Source of the DNA: Paragordius varius
Taxonomy: Eukaryota; Animalia; Nematomorpha
Length of the DNA: 64,000 nt
Reading direction: 5' to 3'
Assembly (NCBI GenBank): GCA_964247055.1
Contig: OZ176052.1
Location: forward strand, 1,612,001-1,676,000
This document shows positions 11,001 to 27,055 of this stretch, piece by piece. Under the pieces are notes generated by a model, which was given only the letters and a program-made list of their open reading frames with translations, searched no databases and had not been told where the DNA came from. Position numbers and translations under genes: made by a program. How positions within the stretch are numbered: the stretch's first letter is position 1; each line of letters starts with the position of its first letter.

Positions 11001-14000
11001 TCTACAGTCCTTAAAGCTTTTTTATACGGAACTTATAATGTAGTATTTCAACAAGGAGATATGACAAAATTAGAAACAAACTTTTATGTTAAAAAGTAGG
11101 AATTACTTGGTCTATTAATATATTGTTTTGGATTATTTTAATTTTTGAGAGCAAAGTATAATTTTTAAAATAATAGATGTCAGGATTTTAATGAATATGA
11201 TTTGTCTTATATATTTTGGACAATAATTATGTAATACATTTTTTAACTATCTAAAAAAACTAAATTTGAGCATCAATTTTATTTTATTTTTTTTTAATAT
11301 TTTAACATAAATGAATTTAATTTCATAGAATTATATATAACAATAATTTTCATTTACTTATTTATAATGCAATATCTTTCATGTATTCATTTTTTAGTGA
11401 CTGTCCCCATATTTTACACCAATTATTGCATTTATGGCAAACCAATTTTGAAACGCTTACTGCACTAAATTTGATAAATCCAAATCAAAATTATGACACC
11501 ATTTCAGATGCCAAAAACGTGGGAGATTTATATTTGGCTTGCCTGATTGAAAATTATATTACACTAAAAATTTTAACTCTACTTCAAACGTACGTTTTTT
11601 TAGTTAAAATCAAAAATAAATAATTAATAGTATGGTTATAAAATTTTTCATATTTTTTATTTTTTATGTTGCAGAAATGATGAGTTTTCAAACTTAATAA
11701 CATTTTCCAAATTATCGTTGATCGTGAAATTTGGATTAAAAAGCCTTGACATCGAAAATCAAATGTTTGAAAATGGAAAAAGCGACATATTTTATGGTAA
11801 TTTATATTTTTTTACAGAATAATTTGATTTTTTAGAAAACTAAAATTTATATTTTAAAATTTTTAGAATCTTTATGTACCCTTATACATTGTATGGTGTC
11901 TCTATTAACGAACGTGTCCACAAATCAAATTGAAAATACTGATGATTGCGCTCTAAAAAGTGTTGTATGGAGTGATATGTTGTCACTTTTGAAGTAATTT
12001 ATTTTTTAGTTTTTTTTAAATTTAAGTTTTTTTATACATGAGCTAAAATATTTTTGAAACTTAATGTTTTAAATACAGTTTTGTTTAAAGTCAAGATTTT
12101 TCGAGAAAATTTAAGAGCAATCAATATATTGAAAATATTTTATCATAAAAGATGTTTACTTTAATCTTTTATATTTTAAATTAATGATTATTTTTAAACT
12201 ATTTTCACTAGTAAACACAATCATTATTTCACCAATTCTACTAAGTATTGGGAATCTTTACATAAAGTTATATTACTAATGTCCGGCCTGCCAATCGAAA
12301 ACTTTAATGTTAAAAATGATAATTTGGAAGGAAATAATTTAAAAATTTTTTTTCTGCACATATCTAATCATTTTTCCACACTTAATAATGTTTCAATTGG
12401 AAATGATGATGTGGATTTAAACTTTCTAAAGCTTTTAAAAGTTTTAACTGGAATGAATTTGCTGCATCAAAATAGCCAAGTATTGTTTTAAATAATACAT
12501 TATTTTTTATTTTATTTGATATATATATATATCATTAACAATTCGAATTCACCCTTGAACAATTCAAATTCACCCTTGAACAATACAAATTCACCCTTGA
12601 AAAATTCGTATTCACTCTAAAAATAAATCATAAAATTTCGGTTTAATATAACTAACTCATCTTTAAAATTAAATATATTTTTATGGCAAGTTTATTACTT
12701 TTTCAGTATTATTTTGATTACATACAAAATTTCTCTTAGGGTGAATTTGAATTTTAAATTGTTCAAGGGTTTTGAACTGTAAATAATAATATGCCACTAA
12801 CCCTTATAATCATTTTTTTGAATAAATTATGTGAAATTTTAAATTTTGAAAGAAACTTTTTTGTGTTACGATTGTTTTTTTAATATCCATGTTTTTTTGC
12901 ATAAAATTTTTTTGGATTTTTAAAGCTTAAGTTAAGAGTGAATATTTGCTATGATATCATAACTTTTATGTCGAAAATATTAACTATGTATATAATTTAA
13001 AACATTTTTAATAATAATATTTTTTTTATAACGAAAAAATAATCAATTTTTAAATTTTTTTTCTAAAAAAATGAGCTATAATTATTACGAGTCGGCTTTA
13101 TAGAAATACATATTTCATAATTTTTTAGAATAATTTTTTTTAATTTTATTGTTAGATTTTTTTTGTTTTTTCCACATATTTTTAGATTACCGAAGTATCT
13201 CTACAAATTTTGACTGTTTTGTTGCAAATGAATATTCCAACTGAAAAAGTAATTATATTATTTATAGATTTATTTTTACTTTAATAAATTTTTTTAATAT
13301 TTTAAACATTTTAATTATTTTTTAGGGCGAAATTCACATGTTTTTCAAAATATTCGCCGAATTAATAAACGAAACTTTATTGCCATATATGTTGCTTGGA
13401 AATTCAACTCTAGAAAATTTTAGACAAAAAATTGTTTACCTCAATCGATTAGTCCTTGAAAGCGTAATTACACGGTTTGAAATTAGCCAATTTGAAGTGC
13501 AAAAAAGTGAAAAAAATGGTCTTAAACAGCAATCAATGGATAAATACCCAGAAAACTACAATGTTATCAAATATAACATTTATAAGGTAAATGAAAGTTT
13601 ATATAAATCAAGGGTTAATTTCTGGAGCCCGTTAGGAATTTTAAATTAAATATTTTCTCGAAATCTTAGTAAATTATTTTTTTTACAATTTTCTGAATTA
13701 ATCTTACCCTATTTGCCACAAGAAATTGGTAAAAATTGTTAAAATTAATAGTAGTTTTTAAGTCTAATGTTGAAAATTTAATAAAAGATTTGTTAATGGC
13801 TGGTTTTATTTTTTTTATCCGAAAATGCGGCCCGCAAAGCCATATGTGTTAGACACTCCTGATATAAACAACGATTACGGATCATATATTCATTATTTTT
13901 AATCGGAAAAAAGAGGTTAAAAGTGTTTTCTTATGATTTTAGAAACTAATTTTTTCCTAGCTATAAAATTTTTAAAAAATATAAAGTAAAAACTTTTAGA

Positions 14001-17000
14001 TATAACTTTTTAAATAAATTGATACCTTATGACCGTTTTCTACATTATATTCTGAAAACTATTAGCATATATTAGCAAATAACTATAAATTCTATGCCAC
14101 TAAATAAATTACGACTTTAAAAATTTGTATAATTGTTAGTTTAATTCGTTTTTTAATAAAATATTTGGTAATTTGTACTAAATTATATATATTTTTATAA
14201 AATTTTAGATAATTTTCCGTTTTTTGATTGGAGCGCTATCGCGTGAAAACATGACACCCGTTATTAAACATTTACAATCTATCATCTTTACGTATTTAAT
14301 CACGTCTACAGAAACTTTGTTGTTTAACAACCAACATTCAGATCAAATCGATTGCCATTCAGAATCGCTAAGTAAAACATCTCAGCAGCGTAAAAAAAGA
14401 AGGCGCATTATTAATGATTATACTGATTCAAGTGAACAAAAAAATTTGTGTGAAAAAAGCCCATTTTGGACAATCATATTACAAAGTTTATCTGATTCTG
14501 GGAATCATCAAAAAATAGCTTTAACTAATGAAGGTTAATTATATTTTAATTTTGAATTTAACTTATGAAATGTGTGGTTTGCTTTTTTGCAACTATTTAC
14601 GTTTTATATATTTAATTGGAATTTCTTCTTGAAATTTAATTAAAAAATTAATCATGTGATTTTGTAATCATTTAACTCATTATCATTAATCTGATATATT
14701 TCTTTGTGGAATTTTTTTCTGTAATATATTATTTTTGGAAAAAGTTTAATTTTAAAAAGCATATTATGAAATTTAGGTATTTGAATTGAAAACACATACT
14801 TTATTTTTAGAATAAATTTAAATATTCGAGGGTCAATATGAAAGGTGAAGTGTTTGAGGTGCAAATGGTATATAAATGATTGATAGTTATTTTAGATTAT
14901 ATATTTTTGATTTCAGCTATAATTATTTTGAATTTAATTGTTAGTTGAATATAACATATATATTAAAAGTGATGGCATACTTAATTTTTTTACACAATTC
15001 TATAGTAAATTTTGACAAAATTTAAATTTTTTATATGTTTTTATTATTTTTATTTAAGTCATATATCCTTTATTTTATCAAAAATTTATTTTTTTTCGTT
15101 AAATGGCTATATATATTTGGTAAAGAGTGGAAAAAACAAGAGCTCTATGGTAATTTTGATGAATATGAGATATTGTTAATACCATAGAGCTCTTGTTTTT
15201 TCCATTCAACAAATATTTATACCCATTTAACGAAAAATATAATAAATTTTTGATAAAATAAAATATAAATGGCTGTAAGTCATTATAGTGAAAAACTTTT
15301 TTTTTGAATTACATATATTACAGAAAAATCATTAACAAATAACTCTCTTACTATTGCAATCAATACACCCGATTATACCCTTAATTTTGAACTAAATCCT
15401 GAACAATCTCAAACAAACTCAACAATAAACTTTTTACGGAACAACTTTCAAATTCCACTCCGTTCCAGTTTTCTGAATCTGAAACATTGTTTGAAATCTA
15501 CTCAACAAAATCAAACTCCATCTTCTAGTATTACAATAAAAATTTTGGATTTATTAACAAACCCAAATAAAGAAAATAGTATCAATATTGATGCGCAAAA
15601 TAAAAAGGATAAAAATAATGGTACCCCTGTAGTTAAACTTAAATTTAGTACGGCGTTGGAAAAACATCATAAAGATATTGTCATTGCCTACCTCAAATTT
15701 TATGGGTGAGTTCTTTTAACTTCATTTTTTTGATAAAAAATTTGAGCAATACTTTTTAGGGGTTAAAAACTGTCTTTATCAAACCGTTTGATGATAATTA
15801 AAAAATATTATATTTAAATTTTTAACGTTTCAATGGTAAAACTATTTTATTTTTTCATTTATTTAAATAAAAGTATATTTTTTTATTCTTTAGCGAAAAT
15901 GCATATACTATCTTGCTGTTTATACGTTAATATTTTTCAAAATAATTAGTCTATCGCTAAAAATCATTTAAATATATGACTTTAAAACAATAATAAAAAT
16001 AATTATAATAATATATGCCATTTACAGCTTTAAATTCACCCCTAAACAATTTAAATTATCCCTTGAACAATTCAAAACCCTCGATTCAAATTCACCCTAA
16101 AATAAATTATGTGTTTTTCAAGGTTAAAAATTACTTTATTTTTTACATTTTTAAAAAATAAAATTTCGTTTAAAATTCATATAATACTGAAAAAATAATA
16201 AACTATGTCATAACAATATATTTCTTAAAGATGAGTTTTAGTTTGAAAACAAAATTATTTTCAGGGTAAATTTGAATTGTTCAAGGGTGAAGAATTGTAA
16301 TATATATATATATATATACTTTAAAAAATGTTTGATCGAATTTATATATCAACGCTATATATTTAGGCAAGAATTTGGGCAAAAACCATTTCATGATACC
16401 AAAGAAAATTATATGATTGCACAAAAATTGTTGAAATTATATTTACGTGTTTTGCAACAATTCAGAAATCCTAATATGTACCAAGGTGCCCGTGTTAAAC
16501 ATACTTTACTTGAAGTAATAAATTCAACCATTTATATAATTTTTTTATTGGTTTTGTTTTAAAATTTTTAATTTTTGAGATGGAAAAATATTTAAGGATA
16601 ATATTTATGCTAGTAAGTTTTCATAGAATGTGTATTATTAAATAAAGACTATTTTTTATTTAAAACATGCCAATTCGTTATGATGATTAAATATCGAATA
16701 CGATAAATTATATTTTTGTCGAAAAAAACCGCCCTTAAAACTGTATTTTATAGGATAAAAATTAGGTTAAAATATTTTTGAGCTAATATTGTATAATATA
16801 GCATTTACAATTCAAATTTACCCTTGAACAATTCAAATTCACCCTAAAAATAAATTATCTGTTTTCGGAACCCTAATAACTCATGGCTCAGTTTATTATT
16901 TTTTATTATATTAATTTAAAAAATATTTTTTAAAATATTGGTAGTTGTTAATATCTTAAAAAACACATTATTTATTTTAGGGTAAATTGAATTGTTCAAG

Positions 17001-20000
17001 GGTGAATTTGAATTTAAATGGTATATATATTTTTTTCTTTCCATAATGTAATAATATTAACGAAATTTATTTTAGTTATATTATTTTTTTAATACAATGT
17101 AATAACTTTACTAGCTTTTAACTAATACGGATTCTGAAGTGCAAACTTTAGCATTGGATGCACTTGTGAACATTTATAAAATACCAGGGCTCAAGGATCA
17201 TAGGTAATTTATTGATTAATATATTTAAATTTCTATTTTATTGTATTTTTATAATTAAATTCATACAACAAATCCTTCTTACTCTATTGTTGTTAAAACA
17301 TAATGAGTTATTGATATTAAAATTCATAAATTTTTGAAAATTTATAAATAAATTACCGCACTTTTAAGTGAATAATATTTTTATTTGGCGTTTTTTATAT
17401 ATCACAAATATAAATTACCATAGACCCCTTAACCATTTGACACTAAATTTTTTACATACACATATTAAATACATTTTATTATATGGATATTTAAATACTT
17501 TTAAAATTGTCTTTTTTTTCATATTATCACATTTTTTCCATTCTTTGACAATTAAATTTAAAATATTTGATTAATATTTTATATGTGATTAATTTTACTG
17601 TGCTCAATTTAATTTATATTTTATAGTGAAAGTTTACATCGATTATGCAATGAAGCTACATTTCGTTCAGAACTTGTTATGTTAAGGTAATCATTATTAA
17701 AATTTTTACTTTTATATTTTTTAATTAATCTTATATATTTACAAAAATTTTAGTAGCGAAAACCTAATTACAACCCCGCAGGAAGTGAAATCTAACAATA
17801 CTGCGTTAACGGAGAATTTAATGGATATTATACTAAGGTTTTATTTTATAATTTTAAAAATGGGTAATTTTTTTCTATATTTGAGTCAGTAAATTAAAAG
17901 TATCTTTTTAATTTATATCCTGTCTATGGTGAAAAAATTTTATTATCAAAGAACAGTTTTAATGATAATATTTTACTGTTTTATTGTTGGAATTTTACCC
18001 ATTTGAAAATCCGCTTTCAAACTTTTACAATAAGCTGTTTTATAAATCGTATAAATACTAGAATATTCCACAATTAATATAAAAAAAATTTATATTTTAG
18101 GAACTAAAATATGGGATAAATTTTCCATAATATATATAATTAAGTTTATTTCCCCCTTTTTTATGACATTTTAGAATTTTGTATGGCAAATTCCATTGTA
18201 AATTAACACGCAATAAAGCGAATAACATACTTGGTCGACGCAGAGCTATCCTACGCTTTTTAACCACAAGCTTAAACCCTTTGAATGAAATATCAACCGT
18301 TTTTAATACGGAAGTTTTAGAGAAAAAAACCAGCAATAATTATCAAAATCAAATCTTGTTATTGAAATTTATTCAATTGGCATGGTCACCTTTATTCAAT
18401 GGTATTATAACTACAATAAAATTAAATTAAAACTATATTTTATTACGACAACCATGTTTTATAATCCCTGATTTAAAGTAAATTATAATTCTTGGGCGAG
18501 GGAAAAGGAATAGATATGTAAATTGGTAACATCTATTTCAGATTGAAAATGACTAAGTTTAGAAGTGTCCAACACACTTTGTTCGATACACAAAAGTCCT
18601 CTAAAAAATGTTAAAAAAAATAAAAAATTGCATCTCAATCAAAAAATTTATGATTTAGACGCTAATCATAAAATTTAAAATGAAAAAAAAAACAAAACAA
18701 AAATTATTAAAGTAGCCAGCAAAGATATCTGTGTTGAACACGCCTGGTCTAATTAGATAGGTTATATGGAAAAAAAAATCAAGGATAGTGTTTTTTATAA
18801 TAAATAATGGCTTTTTACTTTTTATATTTTGTTTTATAATTTTGTTTTTACTATATTGAACCGTAAATTCGTTATATTGGCAAATATTGTTTTTCGAGAA
18901 AAGTTAGTTTTGTCCTAACAAGCCAATATAGATCATGTATATGTATATATTTTAGTATTTTGATGGTTGCTTATTTAAGACTACAGTAAGGCAATTTGTA
19001 ACACAGTAGTGTATAGAAAAAACAACAAAATGTTGAATAAACAATTATTTCCTTTCTTTATTTCTATACACTCTTGTGTTGTAAATTGCCTTACTATATT
19101 GTGAAATAAGCAACCATTAAAATGCATACTGTTTTTATATTTAAAAATATATATGTATAATTCTTTTTTCACTATTAGATGCAAATATTGGCGAAAATTA
19201 CATCCAAAATATAAGCCTCAATCCTGCCATTAACGAAAAAATGATTTTAGGGTAGAAATACTAAAAATTTTATTTTATAACTATTTAATAATAAAATTTA
19301 CTAAAACTTTGATATAATATATATTTTTTTAGATTTTTTGGATTTTTATCCATATGCCTTACACAATTGGGACATCAATTAAACTTTATGGCTGGTGAAA
19401 TGCTTGATAGAATCTTGGCTCTATTAAATAAATTTAAACGCCCTGATCTAAAAAATAATCTCGATGAAACTGTTACCATTAGCAATAATAAAAATGAATT
19501 ATTCCGTAAAAAAGATGATAAATCTGTTGAAAGCTTGCCCGAAAACAATGTTGAAAAATTGATTCGAAAATCATTTTTATCCCTGCTTATTAAGGTTTGA
19601 CGAGGCTTTTATTTACATAATAACCTGTAATTTAGATATAAATCTTGAAATTAGTTATAATAAGTCTTGTGACATGGAAATTTTGTTTTTAAAATACATA
19701 ATTTTATTTTATTATAACATACTTTTTTTATTCAAAAAAAACATGATAAAACATATTCAATAAAAATATACTTATAAATATATATTAGTAATTATGTTTC
19801 AAATAATTTAGTTTTTTCGCGTATTCGGTTCAACATACCATCTTACCGCTCAACAAAGAAATTTACTTTTTGAATCGGCTCTCAGTGAGCAAGTAAGCAC
19901 TATTTTTTTATTCAATTTTGTGAATATTAAAATACTTTAATATCTCAATTTCAATATAATCCCTTTTTTTAAACAATTTTATACCATTTATTAATTATTT

Positions 20001-23000
20001 TACGTGATTAATTGAAATAAGGCCATATATTTTAAATATTTACTTGCTGTTAGTATATAAAAAAACCTTATATTTCTCTTTAAGATAATCTATTTTTTTC
20101 TATTTTATACTGCTATGTTTAGATCCATAAATTGCCCCAAGACGCTATATCTGGGGTTAGTTTAACACTAAAGTTATTACATCTATGGAGTAGCATTCCA
20201 AAGTAAATATCACTGTTTTTTTCCGGAATTTTAAATCATAATTTTTATAACATTATAAATTTTTATAATTTACATTATAAATTTTTAATTTTTTAGCACT
20301 CAACATTTATTGTTTTATTCAATGGAAAATTTGCAATTCTCAGATGTTAGCATATCATCCAATTATTCGCAAACACCTATAAATTATATAGCCAGATGTT
20401 TGTCTCAAATTACGAATTTAAACGCTAAATGTGAAGATATTATGCTTGCTCTCCTAAATAATGTCTTTTGTGGCCAAAATAATGGTTTATTTCTTAATTA
20501 TTATATTATCTTACTTTACTTATAAATTTTACATATTTTTTCATTTATATTTATTTATATACAGGTAAAAATTTAAATTATACGGACAAAATGTAAAAAT
20601 ATAAATAAAATATGTTTATTTTAAAGACAATCGTAATTTTTAAAACCCTTTACTTTGCCTACATAAGCTATTAGTTACAACTGTAAAATATAAAATTGAT
20701 TGTCCTAGTAATATATAATATATATATATATATATATTAATATAACTATTCACACTTGCCATTTTAAACAATGAGTTATAATGAAAAAAAATCATGATTC
20801 AAAGATTATGTCTGGATAGCTGTTTTTTGACAAAAAATATTTGTCTTTATATTTTTATGCTTTTTCCGTATAATTTCAATTTACAACCATTTTTTTGTTA
20901 AAAATTTCTGAACTACTCAATTGTTTTCAAAGTAAAGTTTAATTGTAAAAAACATGGCTAATTTTTATAAACCTAAATATTTTAAAAAATACGTATTTCA
21001 CTAAAATAGGTGGTTTTACTGTGAGTATTTAATTTCTTTTTATTGTTAATTTTATAAAAGTTTTTTTTGGTTTTTTCCCCACATTTTTGATCTTTTTCTC
21101 GAATCTTTGTGTTGCATTTTAGAATTATTGAAACAATTTTATACGCACTCCTTGTCTGATATGGATATATATTTTACGAATCGTAAAATATTTTCCTATG
21201 ATACAATCAATACCACCAACGATTGCATTGAAAACGATGAAAAATGCGCCATCACACCCACTAAAATAACATCTGTCACATCTAAAACTTTAATTTTAAC
21301 GTTGGCTGAAAATTTGATGCGTATTGCACCTCAAAAAGATATGGACGATATACCTAATTCAATATTCCTGGAAAGATTTTCATCTTTTAGTCAACATATG
21401 GATTTTAAAACAAAATTATTTAAGTATATATGCTTTTTATGCTGTTTTCAAATATTTTTTTAAAGGGAAAATATTTTTTAATAAAACTATTATAAAATTG
21501 AGTGTGTTACCAATTTACATCATTATACATATTTTCGCAACCCTAAACTACCTTATTTTTTAACAAAATTAATCAAGGATCAAAATATAGTTTTTCCAAA
21601 AATATATATTGATCTTTTTTTTCGTTATAATTTTAATTTTACTTATATTTACTATATTTTCTATATATTTTAACAGATTAGTTTTTGAAAATTTGATATA
21701 AATGATTAATTTATATATAATTTTTTGCAAAAATTTTGGTTATTTTTATCAAAAAACGGATTTTGATTACTTCAATATGAATTAAACCCTTTTCTGTGTT
21801 TGCAGCTTTTTAATTGGGCAATGTACGAAATTGCGTGATAAATCCAATGATGTAACATATTTGGTTAATCCTTGGGATTGGTGTTCTTATGTTAACCAAA
21901 ATAGCCAACAAGAACTAGAAAACAAAAACATTTTACAACAAGGACAAAATGCAATTGAACTTAAGATTAATGGTAAATAAAGTTTTCTAAAACGAAAAAA
22001 CGCATTTATTTAAAACATTTTTTTTCTTAGAGATGAATATTTTACGATTATAAACAGTAACATACCATATATTCAAATGTATGTTCTAACCCAAACGATA
22101 CAAACAAATAAAATTGTATTTAAGCAGTTGTATTAAGATTATAAAATAAAATGTTATTTATTATTCCATTTTGTTAAAACAACTGATTATTTTTGAAAAG
22201 CCGGTCATATTCAAGACATAACCATCAATATATTAATATAAAATGATTATGTGTGTTACTTAAAAAGTTTATTTTAATGTTCTTTAATTGCGTTTGTAAT
22301 AGCATACAAAGAAATTTCGACAGGATTCCTAAAACAAATGTCTGAAACTCTTATTGTTGCAACTCAACTCCTACAATCATTGGCTAAGAATGTCAAAAAT
22401 ATAATCAAATCAACCATCATTGAAAATATAAATGAAAACGAAAAAGACTATAAATTTGAGGAGGACATTAAAAGAATTTTCAATTTAATAGTATCGCCCA
22501 TATTTTTTGGGTAATATTACTTTTTTATTAAAAAAGTAATAATTAAAATTTAATTATTGTCTTTTGAAATTTTAGGGAACATATTTTTTAATAGAGGCAC
22601 ATTTTCCGCATTTTTTAAAATCAAACTTATAATAAATCTTAAATAACATTTTTTTTCTTATTCCAAATGAGCAAAATATTTTGTAATTCAATGGCAATTT
22701 TTTACTGAAACATTGTTTAATTTAAAGACATTGTTTTTTATTTAAAAGCATCATTTTTTACAAATCATTGTCATTTGAATCGAAAAAACTTAGACTCCAA
22801 TAATAAAGGAACATAAGCAAAACCAGGTATCAGAAAAGAGTATACCTTATTTGTATTTTTGATATATGATGGGCTACCCTATAAGTTTAATGTTTTTTTA
22901 TAAAATTTTTTATGATTTTTATAAAAGTTTAATGTTTTTAATAAAAGTTTTTATGATTTTTATGATAAAATTTTTTTTATGATAATAAAAAATAGTAATT

Positions 23001-26000
23001 TACCAACTATCATATATAATACCCGAGAACCACAAACTGCTCAAATCGTTGACACGTTTTGTCTGGCCCTTGTACAATTACTACAAAATTTAATGGAATT
23101 TTTTATGTCATCCCCTAAAAAAGATGAAAGCTCTGACAAAACTCTATACTATTTGTCACATTTTATGACGGATTATATTATACCTGTAAGTTACTATAAA
23201 TATATAAGTTAATAATAACTATAAATATATGGTTAAATATAGGATTATTAACAGTTTTTTATACATCACGTTTTGTCTTTTTTTAAAAAAAGTTTAGATT
23301 TTTAAATTTAAACCTAATATTTCTGTATGTATTTAATATAAGCCAATATATTTCAAATATTTAAAATATATTAATCTAAATTAATATAATATTTCAGTAT
23401 GCATTATAATGGTTGATTATTTCACATAGATTTTAAGCAATTTGCAATACATTAATATATGGGTAAAATCAATAAAATATTGAATATACTAATTTTTCCC
23501 TTTCTTACACTATTTTGTTTATTATTACGGTGTTGCAAATTATAAGCAACCATTTAAATGCATACTGTAAATATTATTAGTTAATTTTTAACAATAATAT
23601 GTTTTAAAATTTTAAGTGTTTGAAATTATCTTATATCAAAGACATTCGGAAATATTAGATTTAAATTTGAAAATCTAAACTTTTTTAAACAGACAATGTA
23701 ATATTATAAAACTGTGTATCCTATATTAAACCATATAATTATAGTTATAATATTAATAATTCTATTATTTTGATAATTTTATAATAACGCGAAAATTTTC
23801 TATAGAATAAATTTTCAAATAAATTTCATTCTACTTTTTACCATGTAGCTTAAAACTATGATTGATAATTCTATGGATACCGCTCTGTATGATGATACTT
23901 TGGGCATTTCACAACCCCAAAACTCATTTGATAACTCTAACTCAAATATAAAAAATGATTCTGGTAATAGCGAGAATATCAAACCATTTGCAGAGATTTA
24001 TGAATACTTTAATAGTGTTTCAAAAATATATTATAATGAAAACACAGTAAATATTATCGCTTTTCAACCAATTTTATGTCAAACACTTTTGATCTTATCA
24101 TGTAAGGCTCTTATTACAACGACGTCTAACACTTTAAATCTTACATTTGCCAATGACACGCAAAATAAAATGGGAAATTTAGCATTTACCCGTGTTAAAA
24201 ATTACTTTGCTAATTCTCATCAATCACAGATTATGAATAATAATGTATGGATAGATTTTATAATTGGGATTTACGATAAAATTTATACTACAATCTCAAA
24301 GCATGAAAAGAATGAATTTGAAATTACACCACCCCCCTTAACGACGAATGTAAATAGGACGCAATGGATAGCATTAGAAGAAGAGTTTGCACATCGCCTA
24401 ACTGAAAATTTGCGGATGTCTAATGAGGTATATAGACGACTTTCACCGGAAAATAATAAAATTTTTGGATTTTTTTGATCAGATTTTAAAGGGGTATATA
24501 GTGTATTTTGTGATATGATTTTTACTTAAAATTTATAATATTTGCTTATTTATTTATATCGTTAAGTTAATCTTAAATTCGCCCAATATGTTTGTTAAAT
24601 TTTAAATCATATATTGCAAAAAATAAATGGAAAATCTTAAAATATATAGCAAATACATTTATTTTAAATTTTATACAATTTTATCATAGCTAAGCCAAAT
24701 ATTCTTAACGGTAAAGTAAGTTATTTAAAAGTTTGCTATTTTGAGAAAAACTTTTAATCCATAAAGTATATAAATAAAATTTTAATATATCCATAAAGCT
24801 TATTATTTCATGGAAAATTATTTTTGCAATTCCCAAAAAATTTAAATAGTTTCAATATTATCTCAAATTCTAATGTTTTTTTATCCTTTTACCACAGAAT
24901 GTGTTTGGCAACTATATTCATCTCTTAAAAGCCTTAATACATTGGAATAGTACTCAAAACAATAATAACTCAATATTAAAAAATCAAATATTCTTAAAAT
25001 CTACTGAGAATTTACAAATTGTCCAATTATGTGATATGATACCATTTATCGAAGTATTGCCTATTGCAGGAATAGATTTAAGATCACACAACTTTTTTAT
25101 CATGTTATTGGATATACAGGTAATTTATATTTTTGCATTGTTAAAATTTAAATTTCACCTAATATTATTTTATAAAAAAATGTATATAAATGATAAATTT
25201 TATTGAAATATATGTAGGATATTTTGAAAGAATATAGAAAGATTTATATTTTAATTTCAAAAAGTTATAAAAAATTTATAAAAGTTGATTTAATGTATAT
25301 AATATTTTATTTAATTGTCTTTTAATAATATTTAGATTCATGAGAAAATTAAGGCCATCAAACTACTCAATGAATTTATTAAAGGGAATTTGGTTACTTC
25401 AAATGACACATCATCGCTTCAAAATATCCAAAATATAAATAATTTTAAACTTCAACCCTTCACCATTAAAATTATTCGGGTGATATTGATGCGTAATTTA
25501 ACAGTTGCTGAGAATTTACGTAAAATATTTTTTTTAATAATTTATCAAATTTTTGTAATTTATATTTATTTGATTTTTAAAAACCTTTATATATGGAGTA
25601 AAAATTGAAATTATACAGAACAAATAGTTTTTTTTCCATCAATGTCTTTTACGATTGTAAATAAATGATTTTTGTAGGATAAAATAAGGTTCAAAAAAGT
25701 ATGGTTGTCTTTTGAAAAATGTGTCTATATGTTTTGACGTTTTGTCCGTATTATTTCATACTGCATATATATTGAGTTTATTAAGATTTTTTTGCACGAA
25801 TTTTATAAAACTTTGGTTTAAAATTATACATTTTTCGGCAAGCAGACAACCCTCCTTCATAACATATATTGTCCTAATTTTCTTATTATACATCATTTTC
25901 ATTTATGTCATCAATAATTCTGTATAATAATTTTATAAATTTAATACTTTTTTTTTGTTTTGTTTTAGTACAAACTGGAAAACGCCTTGGCAAAGATAAC

Positions 26001-27019
26001 ATGAACATTTTCATAGGGTTAGTTATTCAAACGCTTGCTGAATTATGTAGTCGACATTTGAATGTAATGCATTATTTACGCATTCTCAGATCCTATATTA
26101 CGAAACTTCAAACAGTAACAACTAAATCTCAGCACTTTACTGCAAAACCACCACAGGTGTCTGAAAATAAAACTAAGAATAAAAATAAGTATGATAAAAC
26201 TCTGCAAAAAGCACCAAAGACAACTTTATCGATAGCAACGTACAAATTATATATCAAGTATGTACTTTTTATTCATCTTTTAATCTAGTCCTCATTACTT
26301 TGATTTATTCACTTAAAGCTAATATGTATGATGTTTTTTTTGCAAATTTTTACCGATTTTTAACTATGTATTGTAATGCGTACGATCTTTTGAACGCTAA
26401 ATTTGGCAAAATCAATAAATTTATGGATATGGTTTAAAACCATATGGAGCCTTTGATGTTATTAAGTTAAAAAATCTATACATATATATTTTCAATTTTT
26501 CTAGAATCATAAAAGCCTTGCTGGATTGCTTCCCTAATACCTCGGAACTTGTAAGATTATCCCGGCTTGAAAGTTAGTTTTTTTTATTTTTCCAAGATTT
26601 TTTAGGATTATAATGTTGATTAGATTTTGAAAAATTTAGATATAATTCGATTTAAGTAATTCCAATTAATAGTATTTCAGCGTAAATTATATGTGTTTTC
26701 TAAATGTAACTATACTTATGATATAAATCATAAAATGATTTGAAATATTAAATTAAAGCGTGTAAATAATTTTTATCCCTATTCCTAACCCAAAACGATA
26801 GGAATTTTATGAAAAAACGATATTTTTTTGTCAAAATGTTGCTTCCTTAAAAATATCAATCTTTTACTTTTTTTTAATTTTTATTTCAATTTTATATATT
26901 TTTCTTATTATCTATTTATATTTTATATAGCTGACGGAATTGAGAATTTTAATTTGGAACATTTTTACAGTTTGTTACAAACTAGTATCAAGGATCTCTT
27001 CAATATATTTGATACACAA

Positions 27020-27055
<36 letters not shown>

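Noticed and set aside
12541-12620. 21-bp direct repeats (ttcaaattcacccttgaacaa) as a CRISPR array
   Set aside because: The repeats are contiguous with no unique spacers, are mirrored at the other end of each element, lie in eukaryotic introns, and have no cas genes nearby.
18560-18756. Possible small hAT MITE (gtgtccaacaca ... tgtgttgaacacgcctg)
   Set aside because: The TIR match is short and the TSD is not convincing; too weak to list as a feature.
21010-21020. 11-nt microexon (aaaatag|gtggttttact|gtgagt) in UTP20
   Set aside because: The splice signals are good, but inclusion breaks phase; the flanking exons already join in phase 1. At most a poison exon, and unsupported without reads.
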